The notes below the pieces were generated by a model. It did no database searches. It was not told the origin of the DNA and was given only the letters and a program-made list of their open reading frames with translations. Shown here in pieces: positions 37,634-49,261 of a stretch of DNA of 64,000 bases (within the stretch, counting starts at the first letter, position 1; each line of letters opens with the position of its first letter). The translations under genes were made by a program, and so were the position numbers. This DNA comes from Neoechinorhynchus agilis (lineage: Eukaryota; Animalia; Acanthocephala). The stretch covers positions 11,448,784 through 11,512,783 of the forward strand of contig CM121341.1 in NCBI GenBank assembly GCA_051530055.1. Direction: 5' to 3'.

Positions 37634-38760
37634 TTAGTCTTTAAATATTTCTTCACATCGTGCAATGAGTTTTTCTATGTCCTTGATGGCATGAGTAAAT
37701 CCAGGACTCTTATACTGGACATAACGCCTTACAACTCCAATCACCTCCTGAATATCCACGCGTTTTACATTAAGTACCGTCTTTAAGTTATTAATAACGC
37801 TATCGTCGCATTTCTCAATGCAAATCATCAAGGTTTCATCAATCAAAAAGAGAATATAAAGACCAGCATCCAGTTCTTTTAACAAATACTCGTCATTGTC
37901 CTCTGCTTGATACATTCGATCTGCCTTTTCGTCATCGATTATCTTACGGACCAAATGGTAGCGTTTATAATTGTCTGTATGTGTAGATGGAGTGACATTC
38001 CGAGGTGCGAAATTGAAGCGTTTTTATGTCGCCTTTAAGTGAAGACAATGCTGTGTTTTATTTATCAAACCTAGAAAATGTGATCTAAGGGTCGTGATTA
38101 CCAAATATTGATTTAGCCGTTCGTTCTTTTGCGAAATCAAAACCTCAAAAATTAATATGGTCAACTAACTACAATCACGGAAATGATTTCCCTAAGCGTC
38201 AACATGAGCACTTTCTGACCTTTTAAGGAATAAATGTCCCTTTCAAAAGGCAGATTTTTATCTTGTTTTCAAAAGGCTACTCCTCTATTCCTTAGAAAAA
38301 CCCATAAATGTCACATCATCACTAACTCAACTAACCTTTGAATTTTCTCAAAACGATTCTCGGAAAATTTGAGAAGAACTCGTTCTTTGGCTACTAGAGT
38401 ACAGTTCTTGATAAGGCTGTTCACAACGGTCATTATGTACTCATGTAACTGTGATTGGGAATAAGAATCTGCTGGGACGATGCCCTGTTGTTTATGGCGT
38501 AAACTTGGCGTTTTCATCAGCAGTGGAAATATGACACAAAGTCCGAGCATTTCTACAAAGGCATTGCAATACACTCCAATTTCAGGTACATCGGAATTCA
38601 GACAATATGAAAGGAGTTTAAGAGCTCCAAATCTGGACAGTTTCTTTCCTTTCATCATAATATTCATCAATTGAAATCCTTCTTCTTTAAAAAGTTTTCC
38701 TTGCGGTTCCATCAAGGCAAACTGAGCAAAGTGCAGTGAACAGGTAGTCAAAGATCATTT
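37634..38760 (-). pseudogene. CTNNBL1: Beta-catenin-like protein 1, C-terminal part only, with a frameshift (pseudogene or assembly error)
   Basis: IFDYLFTALCSVCL..RKTF / KEEGFQLMNIMMKGKKLSRFGALKLL...CNAFVEMLGLCVIFPLLMKTP...FSEN...KIQRLVEL and EYLLKELDAGLYIL match CTNNBL1. The frame changes in the T5/A3 run near 38688-38695, and no clear N-terminal exons were found. Confidence 0.75.
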
Positions 38761-39472
38761 AGTTTAATATAAGTGAGAAATAGTTATATTAATTTGCTTG
38801 TAGCTTTCAGCAACTTTATTCTTAAATTTTTATTGGCAATCTTAGCAGCTCAGGTGTTATAAGTTTTAAATTAAATAATCTAAGTATTTTGACTTTGGGT
38901 GGAAAAGAAGGTAAGTATTGCCGTTTAAAAGCTTTTCTTTGTCAGCCTTCAATTATTTTGATTCCTTTGCGTAGTGCAAGCGAAATCTCGATTAGGATAT
39001 TACAGACAAAAATCAAATTCAGAAGAAACCATCAACGCCGATTATTTTAATTTTTATCTGAAGATTTATTTGAGGTAACGACTTAAGGATTTTCGAACGT
39101 TTCGAATTTGTGTGGATACAATTTAAGGTCGTCGTTCTCTTATTTGCTGCCATTGTTGCTACTTAAAATTCATCCAATCAGAATTAAAGATATAATTAAG
39201 CGCAACTATGGCAACATGGCCCACTGAAACGCATCGGTATGAAAAGATCGTGTTATTTGCAACATGAACAGTGAGTATAAAAACGTTCAAATTTCTTCCC
39301 ACGGAACAAGGAAAAAATTAAAAGACCGTTTAAGGAGGTGGATTCTATAGATTTAAAGAATTAAATGCCTGAAAATCGGACGAGATATTGATTCGCTAAG
39401 GAAATGATTCTGTGGTGTCATTTTTTCCAGTAATCTCAAGTAGAAGAATGCCTAGCATCAAGTTTTATTTAG

Positions 39473-39560
39473 GTCTCTTCATCCGGTAAATAAATTTTTA
39501 TTAAAGCTGTTTCGAACCTCGTGGGGTTCATCTTTAGTTTGTTTATTATTAAAAGACGCC
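39473..39560 (-). ncRNA. Hammerhead-ribozyme-like motif (minimal Penelope-type), degenerate
   Basis: Minus strand AAA-CTAAAGA-T-GAACC-CCACGA-GGTTC-GAAAC-AGC-TTT has a perfect 5-bp stem II and a GAAAC box. It has one substitution in CUGANGA and lacks the NUH triplet. Confidence 0.45.
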
Positions 39561-40379
39561 TTGATTAACGCATGCGTTGAGCGCAAATCTGTGAATATAT
39601 CTTAAATGAAGAAAACGATATTCTTTTCCCACGGTTGATAATTTGCCCTTGGCCACACAGACAAACCGTGGAAAGGGCCTTACTTCAACACAGAATAAAT
39701 GTAACCGGCTAGCCAAGGGCAAGACGCGATCAATAGACTGCAAAATAAATAGCCCAAGTAAATTGATTCTCTGGTGTCGAAGATTTCGAAGATTAAGACA
39801 GTGAGACGAAATGATGAATCGAAGGAGAACGATGCATATTGTTTATTTTTTGGATCACCGTGTTCATTATGATGTTGCCCGCATAATTTTCCCTTATGTC
39901 ATTGAGCAAATGCGGTTGCGAACAAACCAGTCAATAAAAACCTGGCGGTGACTTTGAGATTCACGACTATCGTCTACAAGAATTTCGTTTTTGTATGACA
40001 TTTCAGCATTTGATCAGAGTGAAACTGCAAGAAAGACTTAAATTCCTCTCGTAATATAGTTTCATTTGAGGTCAAAGCGCAGATAATTTGAAAACCCTGT
40101 ACAGCAAATATTGCGCAATTTCCGCAAAAAGTTTGAATCTTTAGACCTTGTATAATAATTCATTTCAAACACATTACGAAATCTCTTTATCTAAGACCGA
40201 TTTCTTGATGATGGAATTAATGTTGACACACTATTGGCGGATGCTCGTTAGGTACTTTTAGATTATACTTATGAAGTTTATTTAGCGATTATTCATTAAA
40301 AAGAAAAAATAATTTATTGAGAATGAGCAAGTAATTCTAAGAAAAATAAATACTTTTTATTTTAGTATTAATGTAAGAG

Positions 40380-42600
40380 CATTGAGCGTCCGGCGAAAGG
40401 ATGAAATTAAATGCATTTCTATTATTTCGCTCTTTTTGAATGATGAACGAAGACAATGCCCTTCGATGGAACATTGGAAACTACCTTGGGTTTCCGCAAG
40501 GTTGTTACAGAGTATTGCTGCTCCGAGAATTTCTGTCATGAACCTAAGCCTTGGCCTTTGGTTTTATCGATAGCCTAGACTGCAAGGTCCAGGAACAAGC
40601 CTCCAACGATGAGATTCCTGTTGGTCCGCGACTCAGTCTTTAACAGAACTGAGTAAACCCCAAAGGATAGTGGCGGTAGGGTTACCTTGTAGAGCCTTCC
40701 TCAATCCGACACCATGCACTTCGTGGAAGTCAAAAAACCAAAAATAATTATTTCCCTTATCATTGGAAACATTATAGGTGCTCCTATATATTCTGAAATT
40801 ACTTCCCAGGAAAGATATAATTTCACACTTTAAGCATTTCATCGTTTAGCAAAATAATCGAATGGGTTATCCCATGTGGGTTCGAATTCCACCCTCATTG
40901 CGATCAACTACTCACATTACCACATTCACAAGCCATAATTTAACAACTATGAGTGGCAAAGTCGTCATCGCCACAGTATCGTCTTTATTTTCTATGCAAA
41001 AAATATTGTGAAGTACTACTTAATTATCCAGCCGAATGATTGATCAAGTTTTCGTTTTTAAATGGAGAAAAAAACCCTTATTTTCGAGCTTTCACCGTAT
41101 TATTGCTTCCTTGGAAATCTACAAAGGGGCGTGGAGTTTTGTAGTTTGTGTTAAATTAACGACATCGAAGCGGAAAGTTCGTATCGCTTGTTGAGCAATT
41201 CTGGGGCTTTGTAGAGCTGATTTCCAGAACTTTCCCTCGAGATGTCTGCATTATCTGCGAAATCCCCTTCGCAGTGCATTTGTACAAGTGAAAAGCAGAT
41301 TGAGAGACATATCGATTTGTATTTCATTGAGTGACAAAGGCGTGGCCTAATTCCGATCGAATAAGGGGTAGAAGAGATACTGATAGAGGAATTAATGCGA
41401 GATCGCGCGCAAGAAGTTGAATAGCATCCTTCGTGAAGTGAAAGCCACAAGAGAGTTGAAAGGAATGAGTAGCTTCGTGCATGGACCATTGCTGGTGCCC
41501 GTGATATATCCAGTGGTCAAAATACACAAGATACTAGTCGGCCCATAATCTTTGATTAAATGCAGTACAGATTATTTCGGCAGTCAATGGACCTGCGTAC
41601 TGATTATCTCGCTTCTTGGCGATGGCGATTAGCCCACTGCTTCAGAAAACGATTGCTTATTTGCGGAATGTAGAAGGCTCACTTAATTCTCTGAATGCAC
41701 GATGCAATGACTTAAATGGAAGCCAGGTTATTTTTTAATTTGTCTTATTCTATACGAACGTCAACAATGAAGGAGCGATACGAATACCCGAGAAGCGATT
41801 GAATGAGAACAAAGAGAAGTCAAACCAATTGGGAATGCTGCCGACGGACGAGATTTTAGAGTGCTACGCTATGCGGCAGACGATGTGCCGTTCACCTACA
41901 GAAAAAGCTGTGAGATAGATGACGTTTAGAATAGGTTTAGTTCTATGGATTTTACTGGGCAAACCATCGGATTATCTGCCTTTCATCAATTTGTGCTCCA
42001 AAGTTAATCAGGTCACTGATTTCAGTTGGTATCGCAAACCGTAAAAGGTTAGTCATGCATAGAGATTCCCATAATCCTTGATGTTGAGATGCACAGGACA
42101 ACGCTGGTTTGCTCATCTTCGTCAATGGAGCTCGAAGCATTTCGATAATTTGTTGGTCCGGACGAAGGAGCTTATCCATGCAAGCAGTCAAATAGCACCG
42201 CGGATGCCACCGTCCTCTAATTTTTCAGATCTTCGTCTTCCGAACGCTTAGTTCGAGGACTCTTGGACACTACAATTGACAGAATAGTATAGGAAGTACT
42301 TGCAGCGTTAATCGGGTAGCTTAAAGAGGTTGCACTCACGGAACACGCAATGAAGTTTTAGCGAACCCGAGAAGGAGTGTCTACAGGATTTCGCCTGGAG
42401 GCTCTTCATTAACCGCCTCGATCAAGTCTCCGAGTTTCACCACTATCATAAATCTCGCTGACGAAGAATACATCGGATTAAGCGAGCGTTCTGTGCTAGG
42501 AGGTTTCGTAGCGCAGCCAAATCCTCATTGATTGGATCGATTGTTGGTGTAACATTTTCCTGGCACATCTCATTGATTGCAAGAAGGGTACTCGAATGTG
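40380..42600 (-). mobile_element. Old decayed CRE-like retrotransposon (pre-RT and RT region)
   Basis: Frame-broken minus-strand motifs RLIRCI, EKLEDGGIRGAI*LL (cf. KLADGDVRGA at 60790-61107), AFSVGE, HEATHSF...FTKDAIQLLARDLAL (cf. DF.NAFN..RD) and TEILGAAI. Many stops. Confidence 0.55.
40856..40900 (+). pseudogene. 3' half of a tRNA-Ser-like sequence
   Basis: Long variable arm tggg-ttat-ccca, T-arm gtggg-TTCGAAT-tccac, and acceptor 3' strand cctcattg resembling eukaryotic tRNA-Ser ends (GTGGGTTCGAATCCCACCCTCGTCG). No 5' half or anticodon is visible. Confidence 0.55.
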
Positions 42601-43465
42601 GTTTGCCGGAGCCGAAACATTTGGATCCACTTTTTCGACGTCGAATTTGCGATTAATGAAAAATTATTAAAGCATAGAGCGCACAAAACATGTACATCGC
42701 AATTGGTTGATGCTTCGTGATTATTGGTTGTTCTGTTGCTTTCGAAAGGAGCATGGGCCGACCTTTTAAGCAAAAATTAATGTAAACGTCTATTTTGCTT
42801 TTATTAGTCTTCGTTCAACTTACGCGTTTAAAAATATTGGCACAATTTTTAGCGCAGTCTTCACAATTTCCTTAATTTTCTTCATAAAAGCACTTTGACC
42901 GAGTTTCACATGCAAGCTCCTTTTAATATATTTTGACGCAAATAATCCCAATGAGTTCACAAATTTAAGCGAGCGCAAGTAAAGCAAAATTATCATTTAA
43001 ACTATTCTTTCCAAATTTAAGATACTTTATTTGGCCTTCGATTATACTCAATAAAATAATTTGATTAGGACTTCAGTCGAGTTTGAAAAATTAGGTTCTT
43101 TTAAGAGACAAGCTTTTGAATGAAACAAGAAAAATTAATCGCGATTCGCCGTATTCTGCGATATTAAACGTTGTTCATTGTGTTGCAAAAAATAGCGATC
43201 ACCATCGATCGTCTAAATCACAAGAGGCTCGCAGTATTTGATAAGACATCGAAATGTCTTTTGAGATAAAAGAGAAACCCTAAAAACATTGAGTTTTCTG
43301 TACAATAAGAAATGATGTAATCCTTTTTGACATCAAACTAAAATGGGCAAAGGAGAGAAAACCGTCGAAAGGGCAGTAGACAAATGTACATCAAATTTGA
43401 CGCTTTAAATCCACTTTTCATATAAAAAGCAAACGATAAGAGTTTTATATTTCTCTCTAACTAAA

Positions 43466-45388
43466 ATGACCATTCTGTCTATTGTGAAAGCGTCGCTCGT
43501 TCTAATTCTCGGATTAAGCATTTGCTTTGGAAATGATGGGCTAAATCGTTGTTCACTTCAATACCAAAAATACGACGCAGTGTACATTGTGTGCCCAACA
43601 ATTAAATCCAGCAAGTCGCTATCAAGTGTTTTGAGCAGTATAGAAACAAAAAGATCAATCAATCGAATAAAAATAGAGTTAGCTTTTTTCTATGATATTG
43701 TAAACAGTAACGATCACATCATCCCCGTCGCTGCAGACGTATCAATATTTTGTAGAAGAAATCAAGATGAGATTATTACCATCACGAGATCTCTTATGCA
43801 TAAATTCATTTATTCTAGAAGGCTTCAAATCAAAAACGCAAGATTTGGATATATCGAGGATGATGCATTTAAAGGCTTTTACAATCTGAACGATCTCGAT
43901 TTGAGCGAAAATGGTTTGTGGCAGTTGGGATCAAATATGCACGTCGATCTTCGCAATCTTCAATCCTTACACTTGTCGCATAATAGTTTAAGTAATGACT
44001 GCATCAATGTTGTCGAGAGGATGAAAATGTTGAAGGTTTTAGATTTGTCCAATAATTTAATTGGGCGATTCGTGCTAACCGATGAATTCAACTTTGATAG
44101 ACTGGAAAATATACGGATCACAGATAACCTTTTAAATGAGATAAATTTAAGTCGATTGGCTAAACTTAAGAATCTTAAAATTCTAGAATTTTCATACCAA
44201 CGAGATTTAAACCAATTGTTCAAAGATGAATTTCAATTCGAAAAATTGATGAAATTCGCTGTACACGGCCGAATCCCTCGACGTTTGGATTCGGGAATTC
44301 TAGCCAGAATGCCAGAAGTCAAACTTGTGAAGATATTTGGTTCGAATCTCAAAGAAGTTCCACGTGGAAACAATCGGACTGAGATGTTAATTCTAAGAAG
44401 AAATCGCATAGAAATAATCAAGTGTAACAGCTTTGTTTCGTGGATGAATGTTAGACAATTGGACCTGTCATGGAACAGAATCACACAGATATCCGAAGTT
44501 GCATTTTATCCGCTGAAAAAACTTGAAATACTTAACCTCGGGCAAAATAAGTTGTACTTGCTTCCATCGGGAATTTTTCGAAACAACGAATTACTTGATC
44601 AACTTATATTAACAAATACAAAGTTATCTGTCCTCCAGGAAGATCTTTTTAAAAACGTGAAACATTTGCGGTTCCTGGACGTGTCCCAAAATTCACTGAG
44701 AGGCATGGTTTCAGATTCACTGCATTCTAAAACGATCGATTATTGTCTTGTAAAACATAATCCCTTTTATGTTCTAATATACGATAAAAATAACATTGGG
44801 GATACACTTTTTACGTTGCATGATCTTGCAAAATATATGCCTGAACCGACACGATTGGCTGCTAATGTAAACGATGAGATTACAGTCTATAATGTTTCAA
44901 CAAATTTTACTCTACTAACATGGAAAAATTTGACCCGAATACAAGATGTCCGATTGTTTATCCATGGCAATGCGTTCTCAGTCGATTTGAGTCATAATGA
45001 GATATCCGCAATCAATTACGACGATTTTCAAGACTTGAGAAATCTTGAATTTCTTTGTTTGCAGTTTAATCGGATTCAGAAAATAACTCCTAGGGCATTT
45101 AGAAACACTCCTCGGTTAAAGATGCTCGACCTTGCCAATAATCGATTGAAAGATATAGACGATTTTTTCTTATTTTTCGGTCTTGATCAACTCATCTTTC
45201 TTCATATGGCAAATAATGGATTCCCGTTCTTTCCATCCCATCATTTGTGTGAACTGAAGAGTTTGCAGATTCTTAATATTTCCAGCAATCCGATACGTGA
45301 ATTTTACAGTAAACCTTTCAAAACTCTTCAATCTTTGCATACAATTGGAATCTATAATACAAGTATAGAAACAATTTACGATTTCTAA
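43466..45388 (+). CDS. Secreted leucine-rich-repeat protein, intronless, no TM or TIR (possibly a truncated receptor ectodomain)
   Basis: 640-aa ORF with a signal peptide and two blocks of LxxLxLxxNxL repeats. It ends at a stop right after an LRR, with no Cys-capped LRRCT or hydrophobic anchor. Confidence 0.85.
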   Translation: MTILSIVKASLVLILGLSICFGNDGLNRCSLQYQKYDAVYIVCPTIKSSKSLSSVLSSIETKRSINRIKIELAFFYDIVNSNDHIIPVAADVSIFCRRNQDEIITITRSLMHKFIYSRRLQIKNARFGYIEDDAFKGFYNLNDLDLSENGLWQLGSNMHVDLRNLQSLHLSHNSLSNDCINVVERMKMLKVLDLSNNLIGRFVLTDEFNFDRLENIRITDNLLNEINLSRLAKLKNLKILEFSYQRDLNQLFKDEFQFEKLMKFAVHGRIPRRLDSGILARMPEVKLVKIFGSNLKEVPRGNNRTEMLILRRNRIEIIKCNSFVSWMNVRQLDLSWNRITQISEVAFYPLKKLEILNLGQNKLYLLPSGIFRNNELLDQLILTNTKLSVLQEDLFKNVKHLRFLDVSQNSLRGMVSDSLHSKTIDYCLVKHNPFYVLIYDKNNIGDTLFTLHDLAKYMPEPTRLAANVNDEITVYNVSTNFTLLTWKNLTRIQDVRLFIHGNAFSVDLSHNEISAINYDDFQDLRNLEFLCLQFNRIQKITPRAFRNTPRLKMLDLANNRLKDIDDFFLFFGLDQLIFLHMANNGFPFFPSHHLCELKSLQILNISSNPIREFYSKPFKTLQSLHTIGIYNTSIETIYDF

Positions 45389-45449
45389 AAGTATTAACTT
45401 AAGCATCGATGTCTTTTTTAAAACTAATTTTTTACGGTGCGTTAAAAAT

Positions 45450-46400
45450 TGTTAAAATGGGAATGAGAAGGTGTCGTACTTTGAACGGGCGAATGATTTC
45501 ATACTCTCAAGCGAGTTCGCAGTGACACTGAACCATTCTTTAATAAGCATGCTATTCGGATCATTTACAAAACAATGGCACTCACAATAAATCCTTTTTG
45601 CGCTACGGAAAAATGAAATATTTAGTCGTCTGATGTCAAAAAAGGGCATATTAATAATAAAAAAATTGCGAAAACTCAAGCAACATTGGAAGAAACTAAT
45701 AAATATGCCGGATCAACCCACCACGAAGAAGCGTCATAGTGTCCGATTTCGTACTTTATATGCAAGCATCCCAGTCACAACGTCCAAGGGCGGACGTCTC
45801 AGCTTTTCTAGTCAAAATCTAACTTACGAATTGCATCGTTTTTTAAACCAATGAGCTGCTTGTCTTGTTCAGTTGCAGAAATGAATAAAAGCTGTCAGTT
45901 GAGCTTAGCCACTAATGTCTGTGGATTTCTTAGCTTGAAGATACTACAACAGAGACACTTCATCATCAATCTCGTTGAAGTGTTCGCAGATTTGATCTTG
46001 TAAATCCAATGACAAGTCTTCAACTCTGAACGGGAACTTTCTTAATTTTTTCGGTAGCATCGGGGTTGATTGAAATCCAAAAACATCAAGGCTTTTCAAG
46101 GCAAAACTTGATTTACGACGAACTGCATCGTTTTCTTAAACCAATGAGCTGCTTGCCTTCTTCAGATGAAGAAATGAATAAAAGCCAAAAACTGGGTTTG
46201 CCGCTAGCGTCGGTGGATTCATCGCCGTAAAAGGATAGCAACGCATCGAGATTCTCATTATTGATTTGCTCACCGTCATTAACGAATAAACGATTTGCGA
46301 TAGACAGAAAAAACGCAATTTTCGAGAATAATGGATATCAACGTCAAAGGGAGATCGTGTGGCTCCAACAGGATGATCGTTCACTCGAATTGATATGGCG
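45450..46400 (-). mobile_element. Decayed hAT (Buster/SPIN-like) transposase remnant with an internal tandem duplication
   Basis: Minus-strand DESTDASGK..LAFIHF and LQDQI...KSTDISG*AQLTAFIHF (cf. DESTD.S..AQL..F.R), VVG*SG and HCFVN (cf. HC.IH). A ~90-bp direct repeat lies at 45802-45892 and 46091-46185. Confidence 0.6.
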
Positions 46401-47286
46401 GAAAGCCGATTCTCAAAATAAAAATATATCAGTAAAAATTTCACCAGTAACATTCGAAAGCTGCTGCTACGATCGAGAATGGATGTCCGTATTGTCCACA
46501 GAAGGACGAGAATAGGGCATTATAAAAATGTCAGAAACACGTCCAGCGTCGTCCTTCATTTGTATGGACTCGAAGAAACTTGGTCTACGGAACGACCTGC
46601 GTACGATGTTTGGCGGAAAACAATCACGGGGTTCACACGCCTGTGTAGATTTCTAAAGAAGCCGTAAGACTTCGAAAACTTAGAAATAAATATTTTTTAT
46701 CATTACAACAGCCTTCCCAAGTGTCCATTTATAAACAAAAATTGATCAGAAAAGTATTATGGGCTTCAGAACTAGAAAGACGAATGATGTCCAGCAGTAG
46801 ATGTTAAGGTAATATTTGTTGAAAAGAGAAGCAATGATTGGACAGGCCTAATCGGATTCCTATTGCTCGAGATACTAAAATTAAGCTTTGAAATGGGCGG
46901 CGAGACCATATAACTAAACAGACGGATGATGTGGAATTTGGAGCTGGTACAAGAATTACTAACTTTGCAAATTTGACACTAGAGATTAACATCGAGAGGG
47001 AGAATCCATCGGAATGATGGTTTTTTAGATGTCGCAATCACGGTCGCGGAAAGAGAATATTTTATTGAATTGAGAGCGTTCCCCGAACCTCGTTACAATA
47101 TAAAGTAAAAAAACCTTTTTTTCGCGGAATGTATTTCAATAAAATATTTTCTAGCCGGGGTTATGATCACCACATCTAAAGCTGGAGATTATTTTTTGGT
47201 GAAGTTTGACAGCCGTTCGTTTAATTGTTTTATGTGATGTCCAGGCATAAAAACAAGAACTAATACCATTTTTTCGCTATAAGCGT

Positions 47287-48998
47287 TCATTCCTCGGCTG
47301 GAAGCTCAACAATCGGATCTGGATCTTCAACGTACATATCGAACACCTTACACGTGCCATCTTCACCACAAGTTACAATCTTTCCTCGATCACTAAATCG
47401 CCAATTTGAACGTAGATGTAAAGAGAAAACTTACTCCATTAGAAAAAAATCCAGAATATGGTCGTGGTGACATATCTTCTTAAGACCTACGCAACCCACA
47501 TGGATGTCAATTACACAAACACTTCCATCGAGGCAAATAGCTGCGACAGAGTGTGGTCCATTCCAATGCCATTTGATCATTTTAACAACTCCTGCGTTTA
47601 AATCCATTGACGAATGAGTGGTAAACGTGGCCATTGAATAAGTGATAAGTTTTCCGTCCACAGTTCCACAGACTGTTAACTTTCATTTTTTAGAATCTCA
47701 AAAAAAATAAAAGTCTTTTAGGTATTTATCATGACCAGAAAGAGGATCAGTGATGATTAAGACGCTCTCAACCGAAGATCGCTTTCCATTATGCTCACCA
47801 ACTTGAATGTTTTGAAGAACTGACCCTCGTTCAGTTGACAGAACACAAACTGTTCCATCGCAACAACCCGCTGCCACGAGCGTTTGAGCCTCATTCTTTG
47901 TTATCGATATGACTTCAGCACTGTTCACTGAAGGAACTTCATAAGTAAAGATTACTTGTTGTGTCTTTAGATCGAATAATAAGAATCGCTTTCGGTGATA
48001 GGCAACTAAGCATTTCGAGTTACCTGAAATTTAATTTCTTTTATCAATGGTTAGAAAAAATGCAGCTTGTACAAACCGACGATTACTAAGGCGTCCACAC
48101 AGGCACCAAAACCGGATTGTAGGAGTTTGAACTCACAGCCAGGAACTTGCCAAAGCCATACATCGCCTTTTATCGTCCCACCAAACAGTGCTTTATCTTG
48201 TGGATGCCATTCGAGAATCTGCGTGTAACCAAAAAATAATAATTGATCGTATGCATAGGAAAAATCGATTTACAGTCGAGAATTTTTTAATGAAATCTAA
48301 GACAAACTGTCGATATTGTAAGGCGATATCAAATTTAAGCCTTAATATTGACAATCCGTCGCTTTCAAGTGAAAAAAGATCTCAGATGAAGTACTTTTTT
48401 GAATTTCGTAACTCTTTTATTAAAAATACAAAATATACTTACAGATAGTTCGTCCGTCATAAACTCCCATACGAGTGGGAAAGCGTTCTCCTCCTTTTTT
48501 TCTGCATTGTCGTTAAGCGCATAAACTTCAATTTTGCCTGATAAATCTCCGGCGGCCAAATGCGATTTTGAGTTTGATAAGCGCAAAAAAGTCACACTAT
48601 CGCTGAATTTCTTAAATTTGAACATATCCAATAGACAAAATGCCCAATCTTAAGGACGCGCACCTTATCAAGAACAACATTACCTTGCTTATAGTTCCAG
48701 ACAATCAATCGATCATTTCCTGTACCGAGTGCAATATGATCACCAAATTGAACGCAACAATAGTTCGGATCTGGATCACCCGTTTCAAGACTTGCGATGG
48801 CAGCGTCACAAGGAATCCGCCTAGGGTCTACGTCATCACTGTAAACTTCCTCGCCTCCACTTGAAACTTCCACGTCGCAATCTAAGGAAAAGAAAATCAT
48901 AAAGTTCTTAAGAACTTATGTTTACCTGATGCGACCTCGACGACGGGATCATGTTCATTTGGGATTAATTCCTCAATATCCGAATCATGGCTACTCAT
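47287..48998 (-). CDS. AAMP: WD40 protein AAMP/SQT1 (ribosomal uL16 chaperone family), multi-exon
   Basis: Acidic N-terminus, DSVTFLRLSNSKSHLAAGDLSGKIEVY, VWEF..DEL, LEWHPQDKALFGGTIKGDVWLWQVP, SVESV, HILDF and IVTCGEDGTCKVF follow the AAMP blades in order. Short GT-AG introns. Confidence 0.82.
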
Positions 48999-49261
48999 CT
49001 TTGAATGTGTATCAATAACAGTCAATTCGTGAGTTTTTTAAACTTCAACTTTTCTGAACTCATCAACGAATAAATGTAAATTCGAAAAAAAATAGAATTA
49101 CAGGGGTGTCGAAACTATGCAAATTTAGAACAATATTTTATTGAATTTATAAATATTTAGCGATGCTTTATTTCAATGCAATATTTTCCATTCCAATTTG
49201 CACTTGATTCCCACGATGCTCTACTGTCAGCCAATTTATATTGTCTGTTTTCCTAGGTGTA

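Noticed and set aside
38880-38960. ATACTTACCT (U1 snRNA 5' end) and an AFKRQ match to upstream CTNNBL1
   Set aside because: No U1 body follows. The peptide match has an in-frame stop and no usable splice acceptor.
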